Below, piece after piece: positions 1-10,859 of a stretch of 64,000 bases of DNA. Origin of the DNA: Octopus bimaculoides (lineage: Eukaryota); NCBI RefSeq assembly GCF_001194135.2, contig NC_068994.1:36645995-36709994 (forward strand), read 5' to 3'. Both the position numbers and the translations under genes were made by a program. The notes under the pieces are model-generated. The model was given only the letters and a program-made list of their open reading frames with translations, had not been told where the DNA came from and did not search any database. How positions within the stretch are numbered: position 1 is the first letter of the stretch; each line of letters starts with the position of its first letter.

Positions 1-18
1 ATATACACACACACACAC

Positions 19-891
19 ACAGTGTGATGAGAAAATTGGTGTCATTTATATATATCTAAATTCGTGCATGTGCATTGTTTGGTTTTTAATTTTGTTGACT
101 ACACAGTATAGTAGGGTCAGTTGGGCACCGTCTGTGAGAAAAACAATACCATCATGCAATTCACTCTGCCAGAAATTTGGAAACAACATGCTGTACTACT
201 TAGCATTCATGCTGGCAGCTCCAATATGAATAGATGGTGAACACACAAATCAACCGTTGTCTTGCTGTGTACCCAAAACATGTACCGAGAGTGATAGCAA
301 TCAAACATCCAGTCAGCGTCATCGTGTTAGGAGTGATCACCAGTGATGGTGATGCTATACCATTCATCTTCCCACATGGCCTCACACTCAACATGGAGGT
401 CTACATCAAGTGCATGGAGGCAGTAGTGCTGCCATGGATCAAGAGGATGGCTTCTGGAAGACCCTATGTCTGGAAACAGGATGCTGCCCCATGTCACACA
501 AGCAGGAGAATCCAGTCATCGCTGTCAGACAATTTCTGTGACCACATCATTTTGGCTCCCTAACTCCACAGACTGCAACTTCCTTGATTATTATGTGTAG
601 GGCACAGTTGAGCAAGACACCAACAAAACCTTTTGTAACACCGATGATGAACTGAAGGCAAGTATTATGGCAGCATTCACCAACTTAGACAAGGTGACCA
701 TCCAGAAGTGTTGCAGGACATTCTGAAGTTGTGTGGAGGCTGTGGTTGAACCCAATGGCGATTTTATTGAATAAATTTAGTATTTTCAAGATATTTTTAT
801 GTAATTTTGGTGAATATATCTATTAAAATGAAATATCAGTGTTATTTTCATTTTTGCATAATTTTGATGACAATATATTCACCGCACCCTG
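19..891 (+). mobile_element. maT (DD37D) Tc1/mariner-superfamily transposon, internally deleted, degenerate
   Basis: ORF 234-563 gives KHPVSVIVLGVITSDG...RPYVWKQDAAPCHTSRR, followed by a frameshifted PNSTDCNFLDYYV. The 3' end is CACCCTG+TA and the left end is a degraded match. Homologous along its length to 8534-9456. Confidence 0.85.
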
Positions 892-1432
892 TATATATGT
901 GTATGTGTATACATATATATATATGCATACATCTTCATATGCATACAGACATGTGCACATACATACTTGAGTGTGTGTGTGTGTGTGTGTTTTGGTTGCA
1001 TGTGTTAATGAACGTTTTGCAAAATTACACTAAATTACACATCCTGTATGTGAATAAATTCAAAGATTCTGATCTTCCTCCCACTTCCTTTCCTTTTAGT
1101 ATTGATTTTCATATTTATTGCTATGGATAGAGTTGAAGGGAATTACCATTATCAATAACGAAGAAAATTTACAAAGCTTACATAGGTTGTGAAATTGTTG
1201 TGCAAGTCCAATTAATGTTCATATTTTAATTACGAATTATTTTTTAGCCTGCTGTTGATTTATGCTTTATATAGAGAAAGCTCTTGTCTATGATTATATT
1301 AAAGATGAAAATTTCCTTGAACAGGGTATTTTGAAATGAAATCTTTAATAACATGTTCTTAACTTTAAAGTTCTTGTATCCGAAGTGATTTTGGTGATTC
1401 AGAAGGGTTGGGGGATATTTTAGAAAAAGTAT

Positions 1433-1466
<34 letters not shown>

Positions 1467-1494
1467 CATGGTTTTTGTATAAGAAAAATGAATT

Positions 1495-1705
1495 TTCTAC
1501 AGTAGGCACAAGGCCTAAAATTTTGGGCGAGTGGGGAAGTTGATTACATCAATACCAGTACTTGACTGGGACTTAGTTTATTGACCCTGAAAGGATGAAA
1601 GGTAAAGTTGACCTCAGCAGAATTTGAACTCAGAATGTAAAGCACTGGAAGGAATGCTGAGCATTTTATCCAGCTTACTAACGATTCTGCCTACTCAACA
1701 GCGAG
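1495..1705 (-). mobile_element. tRNA-derived SINE family A (~215 bp), diverged copy
   Basis: Reverse complement aligns by eye to the intact copy at 46724-46939 (TTCTGAGTTCAAATTCTGCTGAGGTCAACTTT...CCTTGTGCCTA). Boundaries approximate. Confidence 0.8.
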
Positions 1706-2208
1706 AAGCACAGGGGTTAAACCATGTGATTCTGGATTTAGTCCTGCTGTGTACCACTTAGAAGTGTCTTCCAATCATAGTTTTGGAATGACCAATACTT
1801 TGTAAGTGAAATTTGGTTGAGAGAAGCTGTGCAGAAGTATATCATGGATGGATGGATATGTGTGTGTGTATTTATACACAGACGTGAATGGTAACAAACT
1901 GATGAAAAGGAACTCAATGCCCTTTGCCCAAGGGTAGAGTATAAATATTTATTATGCAAATTAAAGTCTAGACTTCACACTGTAACCCTACTAGTCCCTG
2001 TGAAATTCGTTTACTGACAATCTTTCAGTTAGTAAATGATCTAACTGTAAGGTGAGATAAGCAAAAATAAAAAAAGAAGATGGTTGGCTGTTTATCTTTG
2101 TTTATTTTGGCTTATGTTTTGATCTCTCACCAATAGGAAGAAGGTCAGTTTACTGTTTCCACTGATAGCAAACCCAGGGTATTTGTATGAGACCATGATA
2201 ATAAATTA

Positions 2209-2259
<51 letters not shown>

Positions 2260-2351
2260 TACACACACACACACACACGCACATATCATCATACATCCCC
2301 AAAAAAGAGAAGCACACTCTAAAGCATTAGAGCAGTAATATGTATTTTAAA

Positions 2352-2479
2352 GAAGTTAAAAATTATGGTTAGTCATAGAGTGACCATTGGTATCACACTT
2401 ATAAAGCACTTAGCGGTATAAATGACTCTTCAGTGCAATACCAATGGTCACTCTGTGGTTGGCCATAACTTTTAACTTC
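2352..2479. repeat. 48-bp-arm inverted repeat (hairpin), 32-nt loop
   Basis: 2352-2399 vs the reverse complement of 2432-2479: 40/48 identical, all differences transitions. Confidence 0.85.
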
Positions 2480-2824
2480 CTATATATATCTATATATATA
2501 TTGAAACATATTAAAGAAAAATGTGTCTTGATGCACATTAAAGAAAAATTTACACATTGGTGAAAGAACCAATGAAATGTTCTATTTAGACAAAAACACT
2601 TTGTGGTATTTATTCTGCCTGAGTGGTGTAGACACTCCCTTGTCACTCTTGCTATCAGAAATGCAGTGACCCAGTGATGGGCCAGTGGAAATGTGTAATT
2701 AATAACATTATTGTTCAGAAAATGTAAGACATGCAATAAAAATAAATGTGAAATGATGTTGAGTGTAACTTTAAAAGATGATTTCATTTTATATCTAAAC
2801 TTAAATCTGCTTCTAATAATTTCA

Positions 2825-2894
2825 TTTATGCCAAACTGCTAAGTAATGGGAACGTAAATAAACCAACACCAGGTGTCGGGTGGTGAGGAATAAA

Positions 2895-2925
<31 letters not shown>

Positions 2926-3033
2926 CACATCACATTGAATGCACTGGTTCTTGTCTGATCACTGAAGTTAAGCAATGTTGAACCTAGATGGGTGATCGCT
3001 TAGGAAACCTAGGCGCTGTAAGCATCTCACTCT

Positions 3034-3085
<52 letters not shown>

Positions 3086-3245
3086 GTTTCTTTCAGCTTC
3101 CATCTAACAAATCCACTCACAAGGCTATGGTCAGCCCAGGGCTATAATAGAAGACACTTGTTCAAGATGCCATGCAGTGGGACTGAACCCAGAACCATGT
3201 AGTTAGGAAGCAAACTTCTTACCACACAGACATGCCTACACCTAT
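2825..3245 (-). mobile_element. SINE family B (microsatellite-centred) containing a 5S-derived insert
   Basis: The 3' half lies at ~2825-2890 and the 5' half at ~3080-3245, matching copies at 20655-21085 and 47500-47910. The central (CA)n/(TA)n is interrupted by 5S-like sequence. Confidence 0.75.
2927..3025 (+). pseudogene. 5S rRNA pseudogene
   Basis: GCACTGGTTCTTGTCTGATCACTGAAGTTAAGCAATGTTG...GATGGGTGATCGCTTAGGAAACCTAGGCGCTGTAAGC matches the invertebrate 5S consensus (GCACCGGTTCTCGTCCGATCACCGAAGTTAAGC...GGATGGGTGACCGCCTGGGAA...GTGCTGTAAGC). It shows CpG>TpG changes and a ~12-nt internal deletion. Confidence 0.85.
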
Positions 3246-3340
3246 AAAGCCATACCTTTTAACAGAATACATGTGTGAGAATTTGTGTGAATGAATGTGT
3301 GTGTGTGTGTGTGTGAGTGTGTGTGTTAGAGAGAGAGAGA

Positions 3341-4640
3341 GTGATTCCCAACCCAGAATCCATGAAGGTAGTCCTGAGGCCCCTTGAGGTGAGTTCAAAA
3401 CTTTATATGGCTGCAGTGTAAAATGTATAATTACTCACTATAAAGCTGATAAAAATATATTTGGAACTTTATGCATGTCATATATGAAATCAAATTTGAC
3501 ACTCACACCACGTAATAGTAGTGTTCTGAATATACAGTAACTATTTCTCTTTGTCTGATTTCTGAATTTTAACAATCAGTTGTACTTGCAAAGATAATAA
3601 TGGTATAGCAAGTGTCCAAACTGTTGTTATGAATCCTATATACTGCAAATATGGTATATAATATGGTATATGTCATGCACATGTTGAACTAGAAACTCAC
3701 TACTAGTAATGTAAAGGACCACATACAAACAAGACACCTAAGACTTTTGACCAGCATTAATTTAAGGATCACTGTTGAACACAGCATATTTGTTGAATAT
3801 TTTCAAAGAAGATGGAAAGTACTACTTTCACGACAAAAATCAATAGAAAAATAGCAACTGGCTGTGAGAGTAAAAATACTGCGTTTGCATCATATGATGT
3901 ATCTCTATTAACAGCAAAGTGTAGAAAAAAAGAAAGCAAACAAAAAAAAAAATACAAAAAAAAAGAACACACACAACAGCAGAGGACCTCATTCTACTTG
4001 CTGCCAAGGCAGTTGCCTCTAGAATACATAGCAACAAAGTAGCAAAGAATTATGATATAATTCCATTATCAAACAAGGTTGTGAAGTGGTGACTTGAAGT
4101 CATGTCTGATAACATTAAAAATCAGTTAGTGAAAAGAGTACTTAAAAGTGAACACTGTTCCTTACAATTAGTCAAAAGTATGGATATTTCTAACTCTAAC
4201 CAATTTGCTAGCATTCATACGGTTTGAATTTAATAGTACAATCTGAAAATTTTCTCTTTCTCTCCACATTTCCAAGACATACAACTGCTGAGTCTATTCT
4301 TAATAGTATGGACGATTTTATAATTGAAAATGAAATTGGGTGGTCAAAAGGCATAGGGGTTGGTACTGGTAGGGGTCCTGTAACATTAGGAAAATACAGA
4401 AGATTCAAAGCAAATATTCAAGACATAAATACCAAATGTTGAATGGAGTTATTGCTCCCTATACAGGGAAGCATTGCTAGCAAGGAACATGTCAGTAAAG
4501 ATGAACAGGAGGAGGCAGTAGCTGCAGTTAACTTTATAAATGTTCATCCGTTACATTCTGGGTTTTCTTTTTTGTTAGGAAATGGACAGTGATCTTGCAT
4601 TCACAGGCATGTGAGTTGTCTCATGATAATGTACTTATCT
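3341..4640 (+). mobile_element. hAT Buster/SPIN/ZBED5-type transposase remnant
   Basis: Translated pieces AFASYDVSLLTAKC..HTTAEDLILLAAK, ENFLFLSTFPRHTTAESILNSMDDFIIENEIGWSKGIGV and AVNFINVHPL resemble Buster transposase motifs. TIR-like AGTGATTCCCAAC near 3341. Many stops and frameshifts. Confidence 0.75.
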
Positions 4641-4989
4641 GCATATTCAGGCTGCATGTTGAAATAAGATTATTTTATGTATGAAAAATTATTCCATAGC
4701 AGCAAGTAATCCAATAACTTTTTGTGGCTAGCTATAGAGGTGTAAATATATATTTATATATATGTTTGACATTTTAACATATTTGAATGACTTCATTTTC
4801 AACCTACGTAGGAGGGTTTTTAATGATTTTTGAAGTCAAAGATAAAAATGAAAGCCATTATTGTGAAATTAGACTTGTAATCTGAATGTCTGAAATCCTT
4901 TCCAACATTCTGGTACTTTTTTTTACAATGGCTGATGATTCAGCACTTGCAAGAATCTTTCAAAATTTTGGGTGTCTGAGAGACAATAG

Positions 4990-6190
4990 AAAAGGTGTAG
5001 GTATAAACTCCATAAGATGTACCTGGTGTAAGCTATGGACACATAAGAGGTACAACAATATCAAAAGAAAGCTAACTGGGAAGATAGTTTTTGGGTGTGG
5101 CAAATGTTCAGGGGCAATAAACACTGAAAATGTGCAGAAAACAGCTTGTCACATGCCAGAGGGAAAAACTAGAAGTAGTTGATAGCCACCATTACCTAAG
5201 TGACCAAGTCAGATACTCTGAGAGTGTAACTGCTAGAATAAAAATAGCCTGGGCAAAGTTCAGAGAGCTCCTACCTTTGCTGGTGACAAAGGGCCTCTTG
5301 CTCAGAGTAAAAGGTAGACTGTATGACACCTGTGTGTGAACAGCCATGCTACATGGCAGTGAAACATGGGCCATGACTGCTGAAGACATGCTTAAGCTTG
5401 CAAGGAATGAAGCTAGTATACTCTGCTGGATGTATAATGTCAGTGTGCATACACAACAGAGTGTAAGTGCCTTGAGAGAAAAGTTGGACCTAAGAAGCAT
5501 CAGATGTGGTGTGCAAGAGAGATGACTGTGGTGGTAAGGTCATGTGTTATGTATGGATGAGGACAGCTGTGTGAAGAAGTGTCACACCCTAGCAGTAGAG
5601 GGAACCCGTGGAAGAGGTAGACCTAGGAAGGTATAGGATGAGGTGGTGAAGCACGACCTTTGAACGTTGTGCTTCAAGGAGGCGATGACAAGTGACTGAG
5701 ACCTTTGGAGATATGCTGTGCTTGAGAAGATCCAGCAAGCCAAGTGTGACCATAACTGTGGTCTATGCCAGTGCAGCATAACCAGCCCATTTAAGAGTAC
5801 CCTTCAGTCATTGGGCAATATACTATGCTTGAGGAGACCTTGTTGTGGCCGATGCCAGTACTGCCTGATTGGCACGTAAAAAGCACCATCCGAGCATGGT
5901 CAATGCCAATGCTGCCTGACTGGTCCTGTGCTGATGGCTAATAAAAAGTACCATTCAAGTGTAGTTGTTGCCAGTGCTGCCTGACTGGCTTCCATGCCAG
6001 TGACACGTAAAAAGCACCCATTACACAAGAGTGTAATGGTTGGCATTAGGAAGGGCATCCAGCTGTAGAAACTTTGCCAGATCAGATTGGAGCCTAGTGA
6101 AGCCTTCTGCCTTACCAGCTCTCAGTCAAACCGTTCAACCCATGCCAGCATGGAAAGTGGACATTAAGCAACAACGATGATGATGATGTT
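4990..6190 (+). mobile_element. RTE-clade LINE, 5'-truncated: PHD-like finger, RT C-terminus, 3'UTR and (GAT)n tail
   Basis: NSIRCTWCKLWTHKR...CGKC, EKLEVVDS..YL, ARIKIAWAKFRELLPLL, AMLHGSETWA, GRGRPRK. The 3'UTR carries ~55-bp repeats (CACGTAAAAAGCACC) and ends CCCATGCCAGCATGGAAA...GATGATGAT. Confidence 0.9.
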
Positions 6191-7794
6191 GATGATAAGG
6201 GTCTTTTGTTATGAAAAGTCATTTACAATTCAGCTTAATTCATCAGACACAAAGCAAATTTTCATGAGAATGTGCAATAAAGTATTTTAGATAAGTGATT
6301 TAAAGCTATGGCTATGGCTATATCAGAGGGGTGAAACAAAATTGAAGAATCTGGAACATAAACTGGAAAATAGATATGTTTTCTAGATATGTATTATATC
6401 ATTTGAAATGAATTAATGATATAATTAAGCTGTGCACTGAAATGTATTGTATAATTACGCTATTATTGCATGTGTTTGTGACAGGGCAGGGCTAGCCATG
6501 ATTGTGTAAGCTATGGACGTTCATTGTCACTAGGGTGTGTGAGAGAGAAAGAGAGATAATTTGCACAAGTCAACTGGCTTACATACTTGTTAGTCATCGC
6601 CTTTGGTTAGCACAAAGCACAGTGAATATACATACATACATACACACATATATATATATATATATATANNNNNNNNNNNNNNNNNNNNNNNNNNNNNNNN
6701 NNNNNNNNNNNNNNNNNNNNNNNNNNNNNNNNNNNNNNNNNNNNNNNNNNNNNNNNNNNNNNNNNNNNNNNNNNNNNNNNNNNNNNNNNNNNNNNNNNNN
6801 NNNNNNNNNNNNNNNNNNNNNNNNNNNNNNNNNNNNNNNNNNNNNNNNNNNNNNNNNNNNNNNNNNNNNNNNNNNNNNNNNNNNNNNNNNNNNNNNNNNN
6901 NNNNNNNNNNNNNNNNNNNNNNNNNNNNNNNNNNNNNNNNNNNNNNNNNNNNNNNNNNNNNNNNNNNNNNNNNNNNNNNNNNNNNNNNNNNNNNNNNNNN
7001 NNNNNNNNNNNNNNNNNNNNNNNNNNNNNNNNNNNNNNNNNNNNNNNNNNNNNNNNNNNNNNNNNNNNNNNNNNNNNNNNNNNNNNNNNNNNNNNNNNNN
7101 NNNNNNNNNNNNNNNNNNNNNNNNNNATACACATACATACAGGGTTGGCCAAAAGTCACCTGACAGTAAATCAGACCCATTTAATTCCAAGATTTATTTA
7201 TGTTTAACGACTGACTGAATTTAATAAAAGCAACTAAATATGAAACATCATGAAAATTGTTCAAACTGAAGTCCTTCTCCTGCGACACATTTTTCTATTT
7301 GAGTCAATACAAAATTACAGATAGTATTTATGGAATTTTGATTTACTGTCATGTGACTTTTGGACTGTCTCTTAAATACTGAAATATCAACAAATTCCTT
7401 ACTGAAATGTTGTGTATGTCTTAAATATAACATACTTTTAGGAAATAAATGTATAAATAAAACTACCAGCAGCTTGTTTCAAGACAGGAACAATCTTATC
7501 TCTAAAATTACTGAAACTGTTAATCCTTAAAGTTAAATGCTAATGAATTTAACAGTATTCAAAAGACTGTGAGCAATTTTCATTTGGCAGATTTTCTATA
7601 TATCTGGGAGACAAACATATCTTCGGATGTTTCAGTTAAGCTTATGGATGTAAGCAGTTTTGGGAGACAATGAGAGAAAATTATATAAAATAAAAAAGAA
7701 AATAGTGGATCAATTTGTGAATAGAGTATTAAAAGCACTTAGCAGCATTCTTATTTAGAGTATTCAAGATTCCCTATATTGGTGGTTTTTCTTT

Positions 7795-8013
7795 TACTCT
7801 TTCACATGTTTCAGCCATTTGACTGTGGCCATGCTGAAGCACTGCATTAAAGGGCTTTTAATCAAAGCAACCTACCCCAAGAGTTATTCTTTGTAAGCCT
7901 AGTACTTATTCTATCAGTCTCTTTTGCTGAACTGCTTCTTTACGAGGACATAAGCACACCAACATTAGTGTCAAGGGATGGCGGGCTGGAGGGGGCAAAC
8001 ACAAACACTCAGA

Positions 8014-8044
<31 letters not shown>

Positions 8045-8185
8045 GACAGGCTTTTTTCAGTTTCCATCAACCAAATCCACTCACAAGGCTTTGGCTGGTC
8101 CAAGGCTATAGTAGAAGACACTTGCCCAAGGTGTTACACACTGGGATCAAACCAGAACTGTGTGGTTGGAAAGCAAGTTTCTTAC
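7795..8185 (-). mobile_element. SINE family B, near full length
   Basis: Both halves present around (TA)n at ~8015-8045. Matches the other family B copies. Confidence 0.85.
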
Positions 8186-8199
8186 CACACAGCTAAACC

Positions 8200-8524
8200 T
8201 GAATCATTTTTTATCTATGAACCCCTTTAATAACTATTTTATTTTGGTAGACCCACATAGCCATTCTATGTTAAAAACTAGTTTTATAGATATTTCTTTT
8301 AAAATTCTTTTTTTTTTTTCCACACATTCACTAGTGTAGGTTTGCAATTGCACTATGTGAGAGAATGTGTTTCAGTGACCAGAAACATGTTAAATTATAT
8401 AAAATGTTAGAGAAAGAAAAATACTAGAGTAATTCCTCAATTTTCTATTTTACCTGCTTAGGCTACCCCACAAAATCTTACATGGACCCCAGGAGTCTGT
8501 GGACCCTAGTTGAGGATCACTGCT
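8200..8524. mobile_element. possible non-autonomous hAT/Charlie-like MITE
   Basis: End GGACCCTAGTTGAGGATCACTG resembles a decayed hAT terminus (GTTGAGAACCACTG). The 5' end is degraded. Confidence 0.35.
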
Positions 8525-8533
8525 TTATATATA

Positions 8534-9456
8534 CAGGGTGTGGTGAACAAACTATCATCTGAATTGTGCAAAAAGGAAAATAACACTGACATCTCATTTT
8601 AACTGATATATTATCCAAAATTACATGTAAATATCTTGAAATATCAAAGAGTAAATTTATTCAATAAAATCACCATTGGCATCAACCATGGCCTCCAGAT
8701 GACTTCAGAATCACCTGCAACTCTTCTGGACGATTTCTTTGTCTAAGTTGGTGAATGCTATCATAATCTTTGCTTTCAGTTCATCTTTGGTATTACAAGG
8801 AGTTTTGTTGGTCTCTTGCTCAACTGCGCTCCACACATAATAATCAAGGAGGTTGCAGTCTGGGGAGTTAGGTGGCCAGATGTTAGGGGTGATGTGGTCA
8901 CAGAAATTGTCTGATAGCCATGACTGGGTTCTCTTGCTTGCGTGGCATGGTACAGGGTCCTGTTACCAGACATAGGGTCTTCCAGCAGCCACCTTCTTGA
9001 CCCAGGGCAGCACTACCTCCTCCGGGCACTTGATGTAAGCCTCTGTGTTGAGTGTAAGGCTATGTGGGAAGATGAATGGGGGCATAATGTTGCCATCACT
9101 AGTGATCACTCCAAACACCATGATGTTGACTGGATATTTGATGTTTATCACTCTTGGTACATGCCCCCAGATTGACTCTCAAAGACTCTGAAATGTGTAT
9201 TTGAGCTTCCGGTGTGAATGCCAAGCAGTACAGCATGTCATTTCTAAATTTCTGGCAGAAGGAATTGCATCATGGTGCTATTTTTCTCACAGACAGTGCC
9301 CCACTGACCCTTTTATACTGTGTAGTCAACAAAATCAAAAACAAACAATGCTGCCTAACTGACCTTTCTATACTGTGTAGTTGACAAAATCAAAAACAAT
9401 GCACAAGCACAAAATTAAAAATTATAAAATGGCAACAATTTACCCATCACACCCTG
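8534..9456 (-). mobile_element. maT (DD37D) deletion derivative with both termini and TA target duplication
   Basis: TA-CAGGGTG ... CACCCTG-TA. Minus-strand translation QD-PVPCHASKRTQSWLSDNFCDHITPNIWPPNSPDCNLL-D-YYVW gives exactly 37 residues between the 2nd and 3rd catalytic Asp. Internal ~55-bp tandem duplication at ~9303-9401. Confidence 0.9.
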
Positions 9457-9509
9457 TATATTCATATATACACATAATATTGTTCTCATACTGAGTAATT
9501 GCATCTACC

Positions 9510-9990
9510 AAGTCAAGAAAAACAATCTGATATCTTGCCCAATAAAGAATGGAATTATTGGAAGAAATTAACTATATCTGCACATTTTTTTCTGACAGTC
9601 ACACTTATGAACGAGATAAAAGTATATCTTCTATTAAAAATCCATACATCATTTCTTATATATGGATGACTTGAATTTACACGCAAAGGATGAGAATCAA
9701 TTGGAGACTCTAGCACTGACAATCTAAAGATTCAGTAAAGTCATTTACAGGAACTTGGGATTTGAGAATAGTGCTAAGGCTATTCTTGGAAAAGGAAATG
9801 TATTAAGAAAAAGCAGCTTAGAGAAAAACAAAGTTCTAGAATCGTATGTATTAGACAAACACATCCATAAATATTTAGAAGGCAGAATAGGCAGCATACA
9901 AAATAACCAAACAGACAAAAATAGATCAATAGAAATAGTGCTATACATAAACTTGGTTAGTATTAAGAATTTAATTCATTGCTAAGAAAG
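9510..9990 (+). mobile_element. R4/Dong-type non-LTR RT fragment
   Basis: HHFLYMDDLNLHAKDENQLETL followed by GFENSAKAILGKG (cf. HLLYMDDLKLYA...FGLDKCAK). Confidence 0.65.
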
Positions 9991-10003
9991 AAATAATTAG
10001 CAA

Positions 10004-10035
<32 letters not shown>

Positions 10036-10518
10036 TTACCATTTTGGTAATTAACTAGTTTTAATATAATAAGGTGAAAATTAAGCAAACTGAGATAGAC
10101 AAACAAGGGAAATTATAGGAGAAATAGCAATCGTTATACTGTAGAAGAGAGTATCTCACAGTGTTTGTTAAAATTCTCTGGATTTATTGTTCAAATCTTG
10201 CTGAGGTCAAGTGTAATTTTTACTGTCTGGGGTTGATAAAATAAACAACCAAATTGGTGGAATTAGGACTTTTCAATCCATTTCTTCTTATATCCCATTT
10301 TAATCCCTTTTTTTCTTAAAATATATACATACATATATATATATATAATTAAAAATAATTAAAGGGCATACTAAATATATCTACCTGCTGGAAATAACAG
10401 TCAAAACACTTATTTAAATCACTGAAAAAATCTGGTGATAATTACAGAAATCAGCCATGTGTGGGCATATGGTCTAGGACTATTTCTCAACATACATTCA
10501 AGTATTTGGACTCATGTG

Positions 10519-10626
10519 GACTGGTTTCTGGACTGGCATTATAGCCTTACCTTACTCAGCATGCGTTGCGATGATGGAATGCATGCTGAGGAAGGTGAGT
10601 CTATAATGCCAGTCCAGAAACCAGTC
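10519..10626. repeat. 50-bp-arm hairpin with 8-nt loop
   Basis: GACTGGTTTCTGGACTGGCATTATAG pairs perfectly (26 bp) with CTATAATGCCAGTCCAGAAACCAGTC. The inner 24 bp has ~5 mismatches. Confidence 0.9.
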
Positions 10627-10859
10627 TCACATGCCACCGGCACAAGTGCTAGGAAGGCGATGCTGGTAACGATCAGGCTCGAATGGTACTCTTAGTACTC
10701 CATTGGTACAGGTGCCATCACGATTTCACTTTCGCTTGCCCCAACAGGTCTTCGCAAGCCGAGTTTAGTGTCCAATGAAGGAGATATCACAAAATGAAAA
10801 ACATTTTCAAAGGTATGAATGCTATATCAATTTTTAAATGATACAAAAATATGTACACC

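Noticed and set aside
2398-2440. CTGAAGA plus a weak hairpin on the minus strand inside the 2352-2479 loop, as a possible hammerhead
   Set aside because: No GAAA box or UH site. Too degenerate to call.
5850-6030. Short repeats with variable spacers resembling a CRISPR-like array
   Set aside because: These are the ~55-bp repeats of the RTE 3'UTR, also present in the 44460-44640 copy. Eukaryotic DNA with no cas genes.
7138-7165. TACAGGGTTGGCCAAAAGTCACC, a Tc1/mariner TIR-like end
   Set aside because: No matching opposite end or transposase found nearby.
6502-7218. Long ORFs of 180-240 aa
   Set aside because: They run through the 458-N gap and (TA)n. Artefacts.
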